Assembly: GCA_040905465.1 (NCBI GenBank)
Contig: JBBDRK010000081.1
Location: 1-29,018 of the forward strand
Origin: Trueperaceae bacterium
GTDB taxonomy: Bacteria; Deinococcota; Deinococci; Deinococcales; Trueperaceae
DNA length: 29,018 nt
Direction of reading: 5' to 3'
Position 1 is the first letter of the stretch; each line of letters opens with the position of its first letter. Positions 7,851 through 17,734 of this stretch are shown one piece after another. The notes under the pieces are model-generated. The model made no database searches. It had not been told where the DNA came from and saw only the letters and a list, made by a program, of their open reading frames with translations. Both the position numbers and the translations under genes were made by a program.

Positions 7851-8933
7851 ATGTACTCGCTGATACGCCCCCTCCTGTTCGCGTCCGATCCCGAGTTCGT
7901 ACATCACGCGACGATAGGCCTGCTCGAGCGGGTCGGCCGGAACCGGACGACCCGGAACGCCTTGTCGGCCCTGTTCGAGCTGCGCGATCCGAGGCTGGCC
8001 GTCGAAGCATTCGGACTCAGTTTTCCCAACCCGGTCGGCCTGGCCGCCGGGATGGACAAGGACGGTCGCGCGCTGCCTGCCTGGCAGTCGCTCGGCTTCG
8101 GCTTCACCGAGGTCGGCAGCGTGACCGCCACCGCTCAGGAGGGGAACCCGCCGCCGCGCCTCTTCCGCATTCCGGCCGACGAAGCGATAATCAACCGAAT
8201 GGGCTTCAACAATCAGGGAGCCGAGGCGCTGGCCGAGCGCGTGCAGGCGTTGCGGGACGAACAGGTCTTGCGCACTCCACTGCTGGTGAACGTGGGGAAG
8301 TCGCGATCGGCGCCGCTGGCGGCGGCAGCAGCCGACTATCGGAGATGTCTCGGTCTCATCTGGCCCGTCGCCGACGGAGCCGTGATCAACGTCAGCTCGC
8401 CCAACACCCCTGGACTGCGCAGCTTGCAGGAACCGTCCGCCTTGGCCGCACTCCTCGAGGTGTGTGACGAGCTGCAAACCGGTCGGGAGATGCCGGTGCT
8501 GCTGAAGCTTGCGCCCGATCTGGAAGACGGCCAACTGGAGAAGATAGTGGAGTTGGCCGGTAGCCACCGGGTAGCCGGCCTGGTGGCTGTGAACACGACC
8601 ATCGCGCGAACCGGGCTGAGCCGCGATTCGGATGAGGCAGGGGGTCTTTCGGGCAGGCCGCTGGCACCGCGGGCGCTGTCGGTGCTGCGGTTCCTGGCGA
8701 GCCGGACCGACCTGCCCATCGTATCGGTGGGCGGGATATTCGATGCGACAGACGCGATAGCACGACTTCGGGCGGGCGCCTCACTGGTCGAGCTGTACAC
8801 CGGATTCGTCTACGGCGGGCCCGGCACGGTACGGGCGATATTGCGCGGGCTGCTTCGCCACCTGGATCTGGCAGGAGTGCCGAACGTACAGGCGCTGATC
8901 GGGATCGACCGCTTTCGGTCGGCCGGTCACTGA
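7851..8933 (+). CDS. pyrD: Quinone-dependent dihydroorotate dehydrogenase
   Basis: NPVGLAAGMDK, GNPPPRLFR, INRMGFNN, NVSSPNTPGLR, KLAPD, NTT and GGLSG motifs. Confidence 0.96.
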   Translation: MYSLIRPLLFASDPEFVHHATIGLLERVGRNRTTRNALSALFELRDPRLAVEAFGLSFPNPVGLAAGMDKDGRALPAWQSLGFGFTEVGSVTATAQEGNPPPRLFRIPADEAIINRMGFNNQGAEALAERVQALRDEQVLRTPLLVNVGKSRSAPLAAAAADYRRCLGLIWPVADGAVINVSSPNTPGLRSLQEPSALAALLEVCDELQTGREMPVLLKLAPDLEDGQLEKIVELAGSHRVAGLVAVNTTIARTGLSRDSDEAGGLSGRPLAPRALSVLRFLASRTDLPIVSVGGIFDATDAIARLRAGASLVELYTGFVYGGPGTVRAILRGLLRHLDLAGVPNVQALIGIDRFRSAGH

Positions 8934-9514
8934 CCCCGGCGCGGACTGCGCCGCTTGCGCGTTCTACCTTTCACCTTGAGCCGGGTCTCGCTTATGCCGG
9001 CCCTCATGTTCGCCACCCGGGCGAGGGTGAACAGCAGATCGGAGAGCCTGTTGAGGTACGACCGTACGTCCGTGCCAACCTCCACCCTCTCGGCCAGATC
9101 GATGACCTCGCGTTCGGCACGCCTGACCACCGTGCGGGAGAGATGCAGCGCGGCACCAGCGGCATCGCCACCCGGGAGGATGAACGAGGACAGCGCCTCG
9201 AGCTCGGCCGAGAAGTGGTCGATCACCTCCTCCAGCCAGGCCACGTCCTCCGCGCTCACGGGATCGAGCTGCTCCCGCTGGCGGGCACCCGCCGGCGTGG
9301 CGAGGTCGGCCCCGACATCGAACAGCGCATTCTGTATCTCGGCGAGCGCTTCGTCGAGGTCCGGTTCGCGCAGGAGCGACCGCGCTAGGCCTATCGAGCT
9401 GTTGGCCTCGTCGATCGTGCCGTAGGCCCTAACCCGCAGGTCGTTCTTGGACACCCTCTCGCCACCGTACAGGCCGGTTTCACCCTGATCCCCGGTCCGC
9501 GTGTAGATCTTCAT
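8927..9514 (-). CDS. pduO: PduO-type ATP:cob(I)alamin adenosyltransferase
   Basis: MKIYTRTGDQGET, AYGTIDEANS, FILPGG, RTVVRRAER and YLNRLSDLLF motifs. Confidence 0.93.
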   Translation of the reverse strand: MKIYTRTGDQGETGLYGGERVSKNDLRVRAYGTIDEANSSIGLARSLLREPDLDEALAEIQNALFDVGADLATPAGARQREQLDPVSAEDVAWLEEVIDHFSAELEALSSFILPGGDAAGAALHLSRTVVRRAEREVIDLAERVEVGTDVRSYLNRLSDLLFTLARVANMRAGISETRLKVKGRTRKRRSPRRGQ

Positions 9515-9640
9515 CCTGCCAGCATAGCCGAGACGCCGGAAGGCGGCGCGGCGGTTACTATGGGCCTGCCGGCCCGGACGCGATCCGCGGCCCTGGCCAC
9601 GCTCGGCCCTTATCTCGAGTAGTTCCGTCCCGGAGGTCCA

Positions 9641-10726
9641 ATGTCCCCCCTCGAGTACCTGACAACCGCTACGTCCGTGGACAACAGCCTGCTGCGCTGG
9701 TCGTTGGCACTGGGCGCGGGCCTGATCCTGGTCCTAGCCCTGCAGCTCATCCGCCGACTTCTGCGGCTCCGGCTCGACAGGGTGTCGGAACGACGTGGAT
9801 TCCGACCCGACGATCTGTTGTTGACCCTGCTCGGCGCAACCCGCAACTGGGCGCTGCTCGCCGCAGGAGCCTATCTGGCGGTGCTGCTGCTGGCGCTCGA
9901 GCCGGTCACTACTCTGCGACTGCTCCAACTCTTCGCCATCATCCTGCTGTTCCAGGTCGCGCTCTGGGGCAACCGGGCGATAGGCTACTTCGCCGAGCTG
10001 TACCGCAGCAACGAGAGTCTCGACGGCGGCCGGCGAACTTCGCTCGCTGCTCTTACCTTCGTTGGCCGGCTAGTGCTCTTTTCACTGCTCCTGTTGATGA
10101 TGCTCGACAATCTGGGGCTCGACATCACCGCGCTGGTCGCCGGCCTGGGTATCGGTTCGCTGGCCGTCGCCCTGGCGCTGCAGGGGATTCTCGGCGACCT
10201 GTTCGCGTCGCTGTCGATCGTCTTCGACAAGCCGTTCGAGATCGGTGACTTCATCCTCGTCGGCGACCATATGGGCAATGTCGAGCATATCGGCCTGCGC
10301 ACGACAAGGATTCGCAGCCTTTCCGGAGAACAGCTGGTGTTCGCCAATACCGACCTGTTGGAGAGCCGGATCCGCAACTACAAACGGATGGCCGAGAGGC
10401 GCGTGGTGTTCGAGCTGGGCGTCGAGTACGGCACGCCTAAGGAGCTGCTCGAACGGATTCCCGAGATAGTGCAATCCGCGACAAATGCTCTGGCCGACAC
10501 CCGCTTCGACCGCTCCCACTTCAGGGGGTTCGGGGCCTACTCGCTGGACTTCGAGAACGTCTACTACGTGCTGAGCGCCGACTACAACCGGTACATGGAC
10601 ATCCAGCAGGAGTTGAACCTGACGATCTACGAGCGCTTCATGGAGCTCGGGATAGAGTTCGCGTTCCCGACAGAGACGCTCCTGATCAGGTCGTCCGACG
10701 GGGAACGGACCGCTCTGGAGGGCTGA
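9641..10726 (+). CDS. Small-conductance mechanosensitive channel (MscS family)
   Basis: Several TM segments, [34 protein letters not shown] and [15 protein letters not shown]. Confidence 0.93.
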   Translation: MSPLEYLTTATSVDNSLLRWSLALGAGLILVLALQLIRRLLRLRLDRVSERRGFRPDDLLLTLLGATRNWALLAAGAYLAVLLLALEPVTTLRLLQLFAIILLFQVALWGNRAIGYFAELYRSNESLDGGRRTSLAALTFVGRLVLFSLLLLMMLDNLGLDITALVAGLGIGSLAVALALQGILGDLFASLSIVFDKPFEIGDFILVGDHMGNVEHIGLRTTRIRSLSGEQLVFANTDLLESRIRNYKRMAERRVVFELGVEYGTPKELLERIPEIVQSATNALADTRFDRSHFRGFGAYSLDFENVYYVLSADYNRYMDIQQELNLTIYERFMELGIEFAFPTETLLIRSSDGERTALEG

Positions 10727-11945
10727 GTTCCGGACCGTACCGCTCGCTCACGTACTCCTCCACCATCGCGTTGAACTCGCCGGCGATATCGTCGCCCTGG
10801 AGCGTCGCCACCAGCTTGCCGTCGCGGTAGACGGGCGCCCTGGGAGACTCGCCGGTTCCGGGCAGCGAGATGCCGATGTCGGCGTGGCGCGACTCGCCCG
10901 GCCCATTGACCACGCATCCCATGACGGCCACCCTCATCTCCTCGACTCCCGGATAGCGATCGCGCCACTGCGGCATATGGGTCTTCAGATAGGCCTGGAT
11001 ATCGCGGGCCATCTCCTGAAACAGGGTCGAGGTTGTGCGTCCGCAGCCCGGGCAGGCGGTGACGGTCGGCGCGAAGGAGCGCAGCTCCAGGGCCTGCAGG
11101 ATCTCCTGGGCGATCTCGACCTCGCGCTCGCGCGGCGCTCCCGGGTCGGGCGTGAGCGAGACGCGGATGGTGTCACCGATCCCGTCGGCCAGCAGCGGTG
11201 ACAGCGCCGCCGCGCTGGCAACCGCGCCCTTGACTCCCATGCCCGCTTCGGTCAGCCCGAGGTGGAGCGGGTAGTCGCAGCGGGCGGCCAGTTCCCGGTA
11301 GACCCGCCACAACTCCGGCACCCTGCTCACCTTGGCCGACAGGAGGATCGCGTCGTGCCGCAAGCCCCGCTCCTCTGCGAGCTCGGCCGAGAGGAGCGCG
11401 GACTGCACCATCGCCTCCGCCATCACGTCACCCGCCGCGCGAGGGTTGGCAAGCCGCGCGTTCTCATCCATCAAGCGAGTGAGCAGCGCGCTATCGAGCG
11501 AGCCCCAGTTGACCCCGATGCGTACCGGCCGGTCTAGGTCACGCGCCACATCGATGATGGTGAGGAAGTTTTCGTCGTGCCGTTTCCCCACACCCACATT
11601 GCCCGGGTTTATCCGGTACTTATCCAGCGCCGCCGCCATCTCCGGAAAGCGCGTGAGCAACTGGTGGCCGTTGTAATGGAAGTCTCCTATCAGCGGTACC
11701 CGACAACCGAAGTCCTCGAGTCGCGCCCTGATGTCCGGCACGGCTCGAGCCGCCTCCGGCGTGTTGACGGTGATGCGAACGAGCTCGCTGCCGGCCGCCG
11801 CCAGTCGTGCGCTCTGTTCGGCGGTTGCGGCGGCGTCCGCCGTGTCGGTGTTGGTCATCGACTGCACCACCACCGGGTGCTGCCCGCCCACCGGCACGCC
11901 ACCCACTCTTGCCATCACGCTGCGTCGCCGACCGATCTCGCTCAT
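10686..11945 (-). CDS. ispG: (E)-4-hydroxy-3-methylbut-2-enyl-diphosphate synthase
   Basis: [50 protein letters not shown] and [10 protein letters not shown] motifs. Confidence 0.97.
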   Translation of the reverse strand: MSEIGRRRSVMARVGGVPVGGQHPVVVQSMTNTDTADAAATAEQSARLAAAGSELVRITVNTPEAARAVPDIRARLEDFGCRVPLIGDFHYNGHQLLTRFPEMAAALDKYRINPGNVGVGKRHDENFLTIIDVARDLDRPVRIGVNWGSLDSALLTRLMDENARLANPRAAGDVMAEAMVQSALLSAELAEERGLRHDAILLSAKVSRVPELWRVYRELAARCDYPLHLGLTEAGMGVKGAVASAAALSPLLADGIGDTIRVSLTPDPGAPREREVEIAQEILQALELRSFAPTVTACPGCGRTTSTLFQEMARDIQAYLKTHMPQWRDRYPGVEEMRVAVMGCVVNGPGESRHADIGISLPGTGESPRAPVYRDGKLVATLQGDDIAGEFNAMVEEYVSERYGPELSPPERSVPRRTT

Positions 11946-12012
11946 CGGCTTCAGTCTATCCGCTCACCCGAGTCGGCACGGATTGCCCGGCAACCGGGAG
12001 GCAAGAGCGGTT

Positions 12013-13221
12013 TCAGCCTCCCAGGGGGGCGCAGCCGGCGACACGGGTGAAACCGTCGCCGATCCGAAAGACGTTCAGGTGGTAACGGCCGGCCGAAAGC
12101 TCGTCGAATTCGGTCTGCACCAGGCTGGTGCTGTATGCCCGGCTTCCCGCGACCGGCTCGAGCGTGACGACTGCCCGATTGCCCGAACCACAGGCGCCGG
12201 AGTGGATAGAAGCCGGATAGGAGATGTCGGCGCTCACGTTCTCGAGAAACACCGTGACGATGGTGCCACCGGCGCCGTAATCCGAGAGCAGGACACTCCC
12301 GCGTACCCCTCGGTCGAAGTTGGCGGCCAGGGGAAAGCGCACGCGCCGCGGCTCCCCGGGCTGCTCGGCGACCTGCCCCAGCGGAGCCGCCGCCTCCACC
12401 TGCTCGACCGCTGCGGGCGAATCGTCCGGTTCGACGGGCGTCTGCTGCGCGGCCTGTTCCGGCGCCACCGCTGTCCACGGCGAGCCGTCATTCCGATTCT
12501 CGGCTTCAGCCGGTTGCTCTTGTTGACGGGCCGCCGACTCGTCGAACCCGATCAGCAGCCGGGGCGAACGTTCCCGATTGCCGTCGAAGGAGTAGGCCGA
12601 TCGGAGCGCGCTGCCTCCGGTTCTCGTCGGCCGAATCATGATCACGATCCCCGCTCCGCTCTGCCAGTCCGGATGGTTCACCAACTCCTGGATCAGGGGC
12701 GCGATATTGGGGCTTCTGTACTCCTGCCCGGTGGTCCACGGTTGCGGGGACCACGCGACCGCCGCCGCCGTGAGCGGCCGAGAGCTGAGGTCATGGCTTG
12801 CCTCGCTGTCGGCATCCTGGTTGAACGCATCGGGGGCCGGAACGGACTCGGCGACGATAGTCACCTCGAGCGGCGCCGACTGATCGGAGTCGGCCACGAA
12901 GGCGAGTACGGCTTCGTCGATCCGGGTGAGCGCCGGGATGTCCAGATCGGTGAAGCGCAGGCCGACGATCTGCCCTCCGTGCAAGGGATCGTGAGCCAAC
13001 TCCAGGTCGCTGCTCACCGTATAGCTGAAGCCCGCCGGCCAACGCTCGGCATCGTCGGCCGACCCATCGAGGAACTCCTCGGCATCGTCGTTGGCCGAAC
13101 CGATCGACCGCTCGACCGTCCAGCTCTGCTCCTGGGCCAGGGCCGCATGGGCGGCGAGCAGCCCGAAGAGCAACCAGGCGCTGGTCAGGATAGGTAGGAG
13201 AATTCCAAGTCGGTGCGTCAA
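12013..13221 (-). CDS. Exported two-domain protein: beta-rich N domain, acidic/Pro linker, C-terminal CHRD/Cu-Zn-SOD-like domain
   Basis: TTG at 13221 is 7 nt after GGAGGT. Signal-peptide-like N-terminus ends AALA-QE. SSDLEL...VGLRF...IP motif resembles extracellular DNRLRE-like domains. C-terminus has YPASIHSGAC...HLNVF...VAGC. Confidence 0.7.
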   Translation of the reverse strand: MTHRLGILLPILTSAWLLFGLLAAHAALAQEQSWTVERSIGSANDDAEEFLDGSADDAERWPAGFSYTVSSDLELAHDPLHGGQIVGLRFTDLDIPALTRIDEAVLAFVADSDQSAPLEVTIVAESVPAPDAFNQDADSEASHDLSSRPLTAAAVAWSPQPWTTGQEYRSPNIAPLIQELVNHPDWQSGAGIVIMIRPTRTGGSALRSAYSFDGNRERSPRLLIGFDESAARQQEQPAEAENRNDGSPWTAVAPEQAAQQTPVEPDDSPAAVEQVEAAAPLGQVAEQPGEPRRVRFPLAANFDRGVRGSVLLSDYGAGGTIVTVFLENVSADISYPASIHSGACGSGNRAVVTLEPVAGSRAYSTSLVQTEFDELSAGRYHLNVFRIGDGFTRVAGCAPLGG

Positions 13222-13378
13222 GAACAGTACCTCCCGGCATGACTCAGAGCGGAAGGAACGGCGCGACGACATCGGGGTGCAACGGACCGAATTCCGCACT
13301 GGGGCTCAGTGATGTCGTGCCGAAGTATAGGAGGCGATTCGACACGTTCGTGGTGCAGTCGGCACGGGCTGGTAAAGC

Positions 13379-14164
13379 TCAGCCGTCGGTGTCGCCTGCT
13401 ACGAGTTCGAGCACCTGCTCCAGGAGAACCGAGGTGGTGGAGAGCGCCTCGCCTCCGTAGATCGTGTGCTCGCCCGACCAGTTGCCGAAGAAGCCTCCCG
13501 CCTCGGCCAGAATGACCGGGAACGGCCCGCAATCCCAGACGTTCATCGCCGGATCGAGCATCAGCTCGAGGCGCCCCGTCGCCACCAGCGCGTGGCCGTA
13601 GGCATCAGACCAGCCTGCCTGGTACGAGGTGGCGGCCTGGAAGCGCTGCCAGGCCGCCTCGCGACCATGCCTGGCGAACGAGGAAGCTCCGGTGAAGGCG
13701 ACTACAGACTCCGCCAACGTCGCCGTTTCACGCACGAAACAGCGTCGACCGTTCCAGTAGCACCCTTCTCCACGGGCTGCCCACACCGTCTCACCCAGAG
13801 CCGGAAAGTCCGCCACCCCGACCTCGATCTTGCCGTCCACCTCCAGCGCCACCAGCACCGCGTAGAGAGGTACTCCCCGCACGAAGGCCCTGGTTCCGTC
13901 TATCGGATCGACCAGCCAGCGGTGCGAGGAGCCTCGCTGATCGTCGGGCCCACCGAACTCCTCGCCCAGCACGGCGTGCGACGGATAGGCCGCTTCGATA
14001 CGTTCCCGGATCCGCTGCTCTGCCGACCGGTCGGCCACGGTTACCGGCGACTGGTCGGCCTTCAGTTCGACGGTGGTGTCCGACTGGAAGTGTGCCAGCG
14101 TGATCCGACCGGCCTCCTGAGCCGTGGCGATGGCGAAATCGAGTTGTCGGCGTAGTTCTGACAT
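13379..14164 (-). CDS. Inositol monophosphatase family, probably HisN-type histidinol-phosphatase
   Basis: KADQSPVTVADR, GEE, WLVDPIDGT and WD..P..VI..EAGG; GGAGG SD. Confidence 0.88.
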   Translation of the reverse strand: MSELRRQLDFAIATAQEAGRITLAHFQSDTTVELKADQSPVTVADRSAEQRIRERIEAAYPSHAVLGEEFGGPDDQRGSSHRWLVDPIDGTRAFVRGVPLYAVLVALEVDGKIEVGVADFPALGETVWAARGEGCYWNGRRCFVRETATLAESVVAFTGASSFARHGREAAWQRFQAATSYQAGWSDAYGHALVATGRLELMLDPAMNVWDCGPFPVILAEAGGFFGNWSGEHTIYGGEALSTTSVLLEQVLELVAGDTDG

Positions 14165-14238
14165 CGTATGATCCTCCGGTACGGCAGGCCAGTTTAGCTG
14201 GGAGCGGAGCGAAGGGTAAGTGTTAGCATGGCGCTCCT

Positions 14239-15387
14239 ATGCTCTTTACCCGGGAGAAGCTCGAACAGAGTGAGCGCAAGACACTGGCTCCTTACGCCTG
14301 CTTCGCCGACAGCTCGCGGGGGCGGGTTCACCCGGAGTCGGAGAGCACCTACCGCACGGCGTTCCAAAAAGACCGCGACCGGGTGGTGCACACCAGCGCG
14401 TTCCGCCGCCTCGAGTACAAGACGCAGGTATTCGTCAACTACGAGGGCGATTACTACCGAACTCGGCTCACCCACACACTCGAGGTCGCACAGGTGGCCA
14501 AGGCGGTCACCCGGGCCCTGGGCCTCAACGAGGACCTGGCGGAGACGATCGCGCTCGCCCACGACCTGGGTCATCCGCCATTCGGCCACGCCGGCGAGAG
14601 CAGCCTCGACAGGTTGGCGCAAGAGGCGGGCGGCTTCGACCACAACAAGCAGAGCCTGCGGATCGTAACCCAGCTCGAGCAGCGTTACCCGGACTTCCCC
14701 GGTCTCAACCTCACCTGGGAGGCGCTCGAAGGGATCATGAAGCACGAGTCCGAGTACGACCTGCCCGACAGCGACTGGGAGCCGGACAAGCGGCCCGGCC
14801 TGGAGGCCCAGGTGGTGAACATCGCAGACGAGCTCGCCTACAACGCGCACGACCTCGACGACGGGCTGCGCTCCGGTCACCTCAGCCCCGTACAGATCGC
14901 CGAGGTTCCGGTGGTCGGACGGCTGATGGAGAAACTGGGACTGCGAGCAGAAACTTTCGGGCGCCGCGAGCGCTACGTGCTGATCCGTGAACTGCTGGGG
15001 CTGATGATCGAGGACGCGATAGTCTGTACCGGCCGGCGGCTGGACGATGAGGGCGTAGGAGACATCGAAGACGTGCGCGACGCGCCCGAGAAGCTGGTCT
15101 CCAACAGCCCCGGGCTACATCAGGAGCTGGCCGACCTGAAGGCGTTCCTCTACCAGAACTTCTACTTCCACTACCGGCTCATCCGGATGACCCGCAAGGC
15201 CGACCACATCCTGGCCAGCGTCTTCGCCGCCTACCTCGAGGCACCCGACATGCTGCCGTTCGACGTGCGGCGCGCGGTAGAGGACCGTGGACTGGTGCGG
15301 TCCGTCACCGACTACCTGGCGGGCATGACCGATCGCTACGCGGGCGAAGAGTATCGCAGGCTCTTCGACCCGCACTCGCTCACCTGA
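14239..15387 (+). CDS. dgt: Deoxyguanosinetriphosphate triphosphohydrolase (HD domain)
   Basis: RTAFQKDRDR, FRRLEYKTQVF, RTRLTH, HDLGHPPFGH and DYLAGMTD motifs. Confidence 0.95.
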   Translation: MLFTREKLEQSERKTLAPYACFADSSRGRVHPESESTYRTAFQKDRDRVVHTSAFRRLEYKTQVFVNYEGDYYRTRLTHTLEVAQVAKAVTRALGLNEDLAETIALAHDLGHPPFGHAGESSLDRLAQEAGGFDHNKQSLRIVTQLEQRYPDFPGLNLTWEALEGIMKHESEYDLPDSDWEPDKRPGLEAQVVNIADELAYNAHDLDDGLRSGHLSPVQIAEVPVVGRLMEKLGLRAETFGRRERYVLIRELLGLMIEDAIVCTGRRLDDEGVGDIEDVRDAPEKLVSNSPGLHQELADLKAFLYQNFYFHYRLIRMTRKADHILASVFAAYLEAPDMLPFDVRRAVEDRGLVRSVTDYLAGMTDRYAGEEYRRLFDPHSLT

Positions 15388-15396
15388 GCGCGCTGC

Positions 15397-16461
15397 TCAG
15401 CGTGAGGCGGGCGTAGCCGCACCCAGAAGTCGATCGCTGCCGGCCTGCCGTACCCAGGCCGCGTCGATCCCGCCACGCAGAATCCTGATCATCGTCCAGG
15501 GGCTGGTGATGGCCTGGGTGGTTATCGCTCCCTCGCCCGGCTCGACCAGCCTTACGTCGACGAACAGCTCCCCCTGTCGAAGGTTGACTCCCTCCACCTC
15601 GATCGCGTAACCACCGGTGGGCTTGCGACCCATGAACAACGCCACGATCGTCTCTCTGCCGAACTCGACCTCCGGTACCGGCGGCACCTGCAACTGGGAG
15701 CCGTGAGCACGGTTCCACAGGTTTCGGAGCGAATCCGGATCGTTCACCAGTTGGAAGGCCTGTTCCTCGAAGCCGGTGGCCTGAGCGCCGCGCGCCATGA
15801 CCTCCCAGACCAGCTCCTCGCCCGAGGGTTGCGTCGCGGCGGCGCTGCTCGAGAACTTCCGCTGCAGGTGCAGGCCGGTGCGAAGATACTCCGAAACTCC
15901 GTCCGCGACGCGTGCTGTTGCCGGCACTTCATCGAGAACGGTAACGACCACCGGCCCCTCGGCCTCGAGGTAGCGCGCGAGCGCGTCCGCCTCGGCCCCG
16001 GTGAGCGAGCCGATGCCGCGCAGGTCGCCTATCCGAGGACGCGGCACGACACTCGTGTCCATACCGCTCCGGGCGTCGCCCAGCAGCGTGAACCAGCGTC
16101 GTCCATCGAAGTACAGGATCGGACCGCTGTCCTCACGAACCGCTACTCGCAGGTCGCTGCTCCGGGAGATCGTCCGTACCTCGTTGGGTGGTTCGCTCAG
16201 CGGCCGTACGCGTTCCCGCAGATAGGGCCGGTCCTCCACCGACAACGCTTCGGCCAGCGCGAGCGGGTCGCCCTCGACCGTCCTCCCGCGTACCAGCGTC
16301 ACTTCGTCGTCACCCAGCATCAGAGTGGTCGGGGAACCGTACAGGTAGCTCAACCGGACGTTCTCGGAACCGTACAAAACGATCTCGTGCAGCCGGGGTT
16401 GCCCCTCGGGCACGCAGGCGGCCAGGAGCAGTAAGGGAGCGAGCGCCAGCAGGACGCGCAT
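15397..16461 (-). CDS. Lipoprotein with C-terminal PrcB-like domain
   Basis: Lipobox LLAAC; C-terminal PEVEF..ETIVALFMGRKPTGGYAIEV...TQAITSPW; AAGGAGG SD. Confidence 0.85.
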   Translation of the reverse strand: MRVLLALAPLLLLAACVPEGQPRLHEIVLYGSENVRLSYLYGSPTTLMLGDDEVTLVRGRTVEGDPLALAEALSVEDRPYLRERVRPLSEPPNEVRTISRSSDLRVAVREDSGPILYFDGRRWFTLLGDARSGMDTSVVPRPRIGDLRGIGSLTGAEADALARYLEAEGPVVVTVLDEVPATARVADGVSEYLRTGLHLQRKFSSSAAATQPSGEELVWEVMARGAQATGFEEQAFQLVNDPDSLRNLWNRAHGSQLQVPPVPEVEFGRETIVALFMGRKPTGGYAIEVEGVNLRQGELFVDVRLVEPGEGAITTQAITSPWTMIRILRGGIDAAWVRQAGSDRLLGAATPASR

Positions 16462-16576
16462 CGGTACCTCCTTCGTCGCGACATGCTACCACCGGTCGGT
16501 GGAGCCGCCATGAGTTGCCTGAAGGTGAGGCGTTTCCGCTTTGGGGCGCTCCGGGCCTTCCTGGTAGACTTCCACC

Positions 16577-17734
16577 GTGTCTGACCCGCCGAATCGCGTG
16601 CTAATCACCTCGGCGTCGATCGGCGCCGGTCACGTGGCAGCGGGGAGGGCCCTGGAGTCGGCGTTCGGCGAGCTGGGGGCGGAAACGCTCCACGTCGACC
16701 TGCTCGACTTCACGACCGTGCCATTTCGCCGGCTCTATCGTCAGGCGTACTTCGATCTGGTGCGCAATGCACCGGACCTCGTCGACTGGCTGGGCAAGCG
16801 GCTCGACCGCGGGCCGGTACGCACCCGGATGCGCCACCTGCGACTGCGATCCAGACTGACCCGGCTAATCTCCTACCACCTGCCGCGAACCATCGGCTCC
16901 TACCGTCCCGATCTCATGGTGCACACTCACTTCCTGCCGGGCGAGATACTGAGCACCGTCGGTCATCGGCTGCCGGCGCCGCAGGCCGTGGTCGTGACCG
17001 ACTTTGCCGCCCACCGGCTGTGGTTGCAACCGGAGGTGAGCCGGTACTTCGTGGCAGCCGAGGAGGTCAAGGCTCACCTGGTCTCGCTGGGAACCGACTC
17101 GGGACGGGTCCGGGTGACCGGTATTCCCATTGACCACCGGTTCGGCCGCCTGGGATCGAAGCTGGAGGCGAGGAAGAGGCTGCGGCTGTTGCCCGATCGC
17201 GACATGTTGCTGGTGATGGCCGGAGGAATGAGCGCCCAGGTACTGGGGGCGATGCTGGCCCGATTGCGCGGTCTGCGCTGCCACCTGCACGCGGTAGTGA
17301 TTTGCGGCCGAACGCCGGAGTTGCAGCAGCTGGCTCGAGTGAGCGTGGCAGACTCCAACGGGCTGGTTACTTTCGACGTGCGCGGGTTCACCGACGATAT
17401 CCCCGGCCTGATGACGGCCGCCGACCTGGTACTCGGCAAGCCCGGCGGCCTCACCACCAGCGAGGCATTGGCCGCGGGACTCCCGTTCGCGGTGGTGGAT
17501 CCCTACCCCCTGCAGGAGGAGGCCAACGCCAACTACCTGCTCGAGCACGGGGCGGGGATGCGCATCGACCCGCTCAGCACCCTCGAGCTCAAGCTGAACC
17601 GGTTCTTCGGAGATCCGCAGCGACGGGCGGCGATGAGCGAGGCGGCGCGCCGGTTGGGACGGCCGGATGCGGCCGAGCGCATCGCCCGGGACCTGACCGA
17701 CGACAAGCCCTTGTCTCGGCGGCCGAAGCAGTGA
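16577..17734 (+). CDS. MGDG-synthase/UgtP-like GT28 glycosyltransferase
   Basis: ASIGAGH, VVTDF..H, TGIPI, KPGGLTTSEA and QEEAN. TGgTAGACT lies 6 nt before the GTG. Confidence 0.92.
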   Translation: MSDPPNRVLITSASIGAGHVAAGRALESAFGELGAETLHVDLLDFTTVPFRRLYRQAYFDLVRNAPDLVDWLGKRLDRGPVRTRMRHLRLRSRLTRLISYHLPRTIGSYRPDLMVHTHFLPGEILSTVGHRLPAPQAVVVTDFAAHRLWLQPEVSRYFVAAEEVKAHLVSLGTDSGRVRVTGIPIDHRFGRLGSKLEARKRLRLLPDRDMLLVMAGGMSAQVLGAMLARLRGLRCHLHAVVICGRTPELQQLARVSVADSNGLVTFDVRGFTDDIPGLMTAADLVLGKPGGLTTSEALAAGLPFAVVDPYPLQEEANANYLLEHGAGMRIDPLSTLELKLNRFFGDPQRRAAMSEAARRLGRPDAAERIARDLTDDKPLSRRPKQ

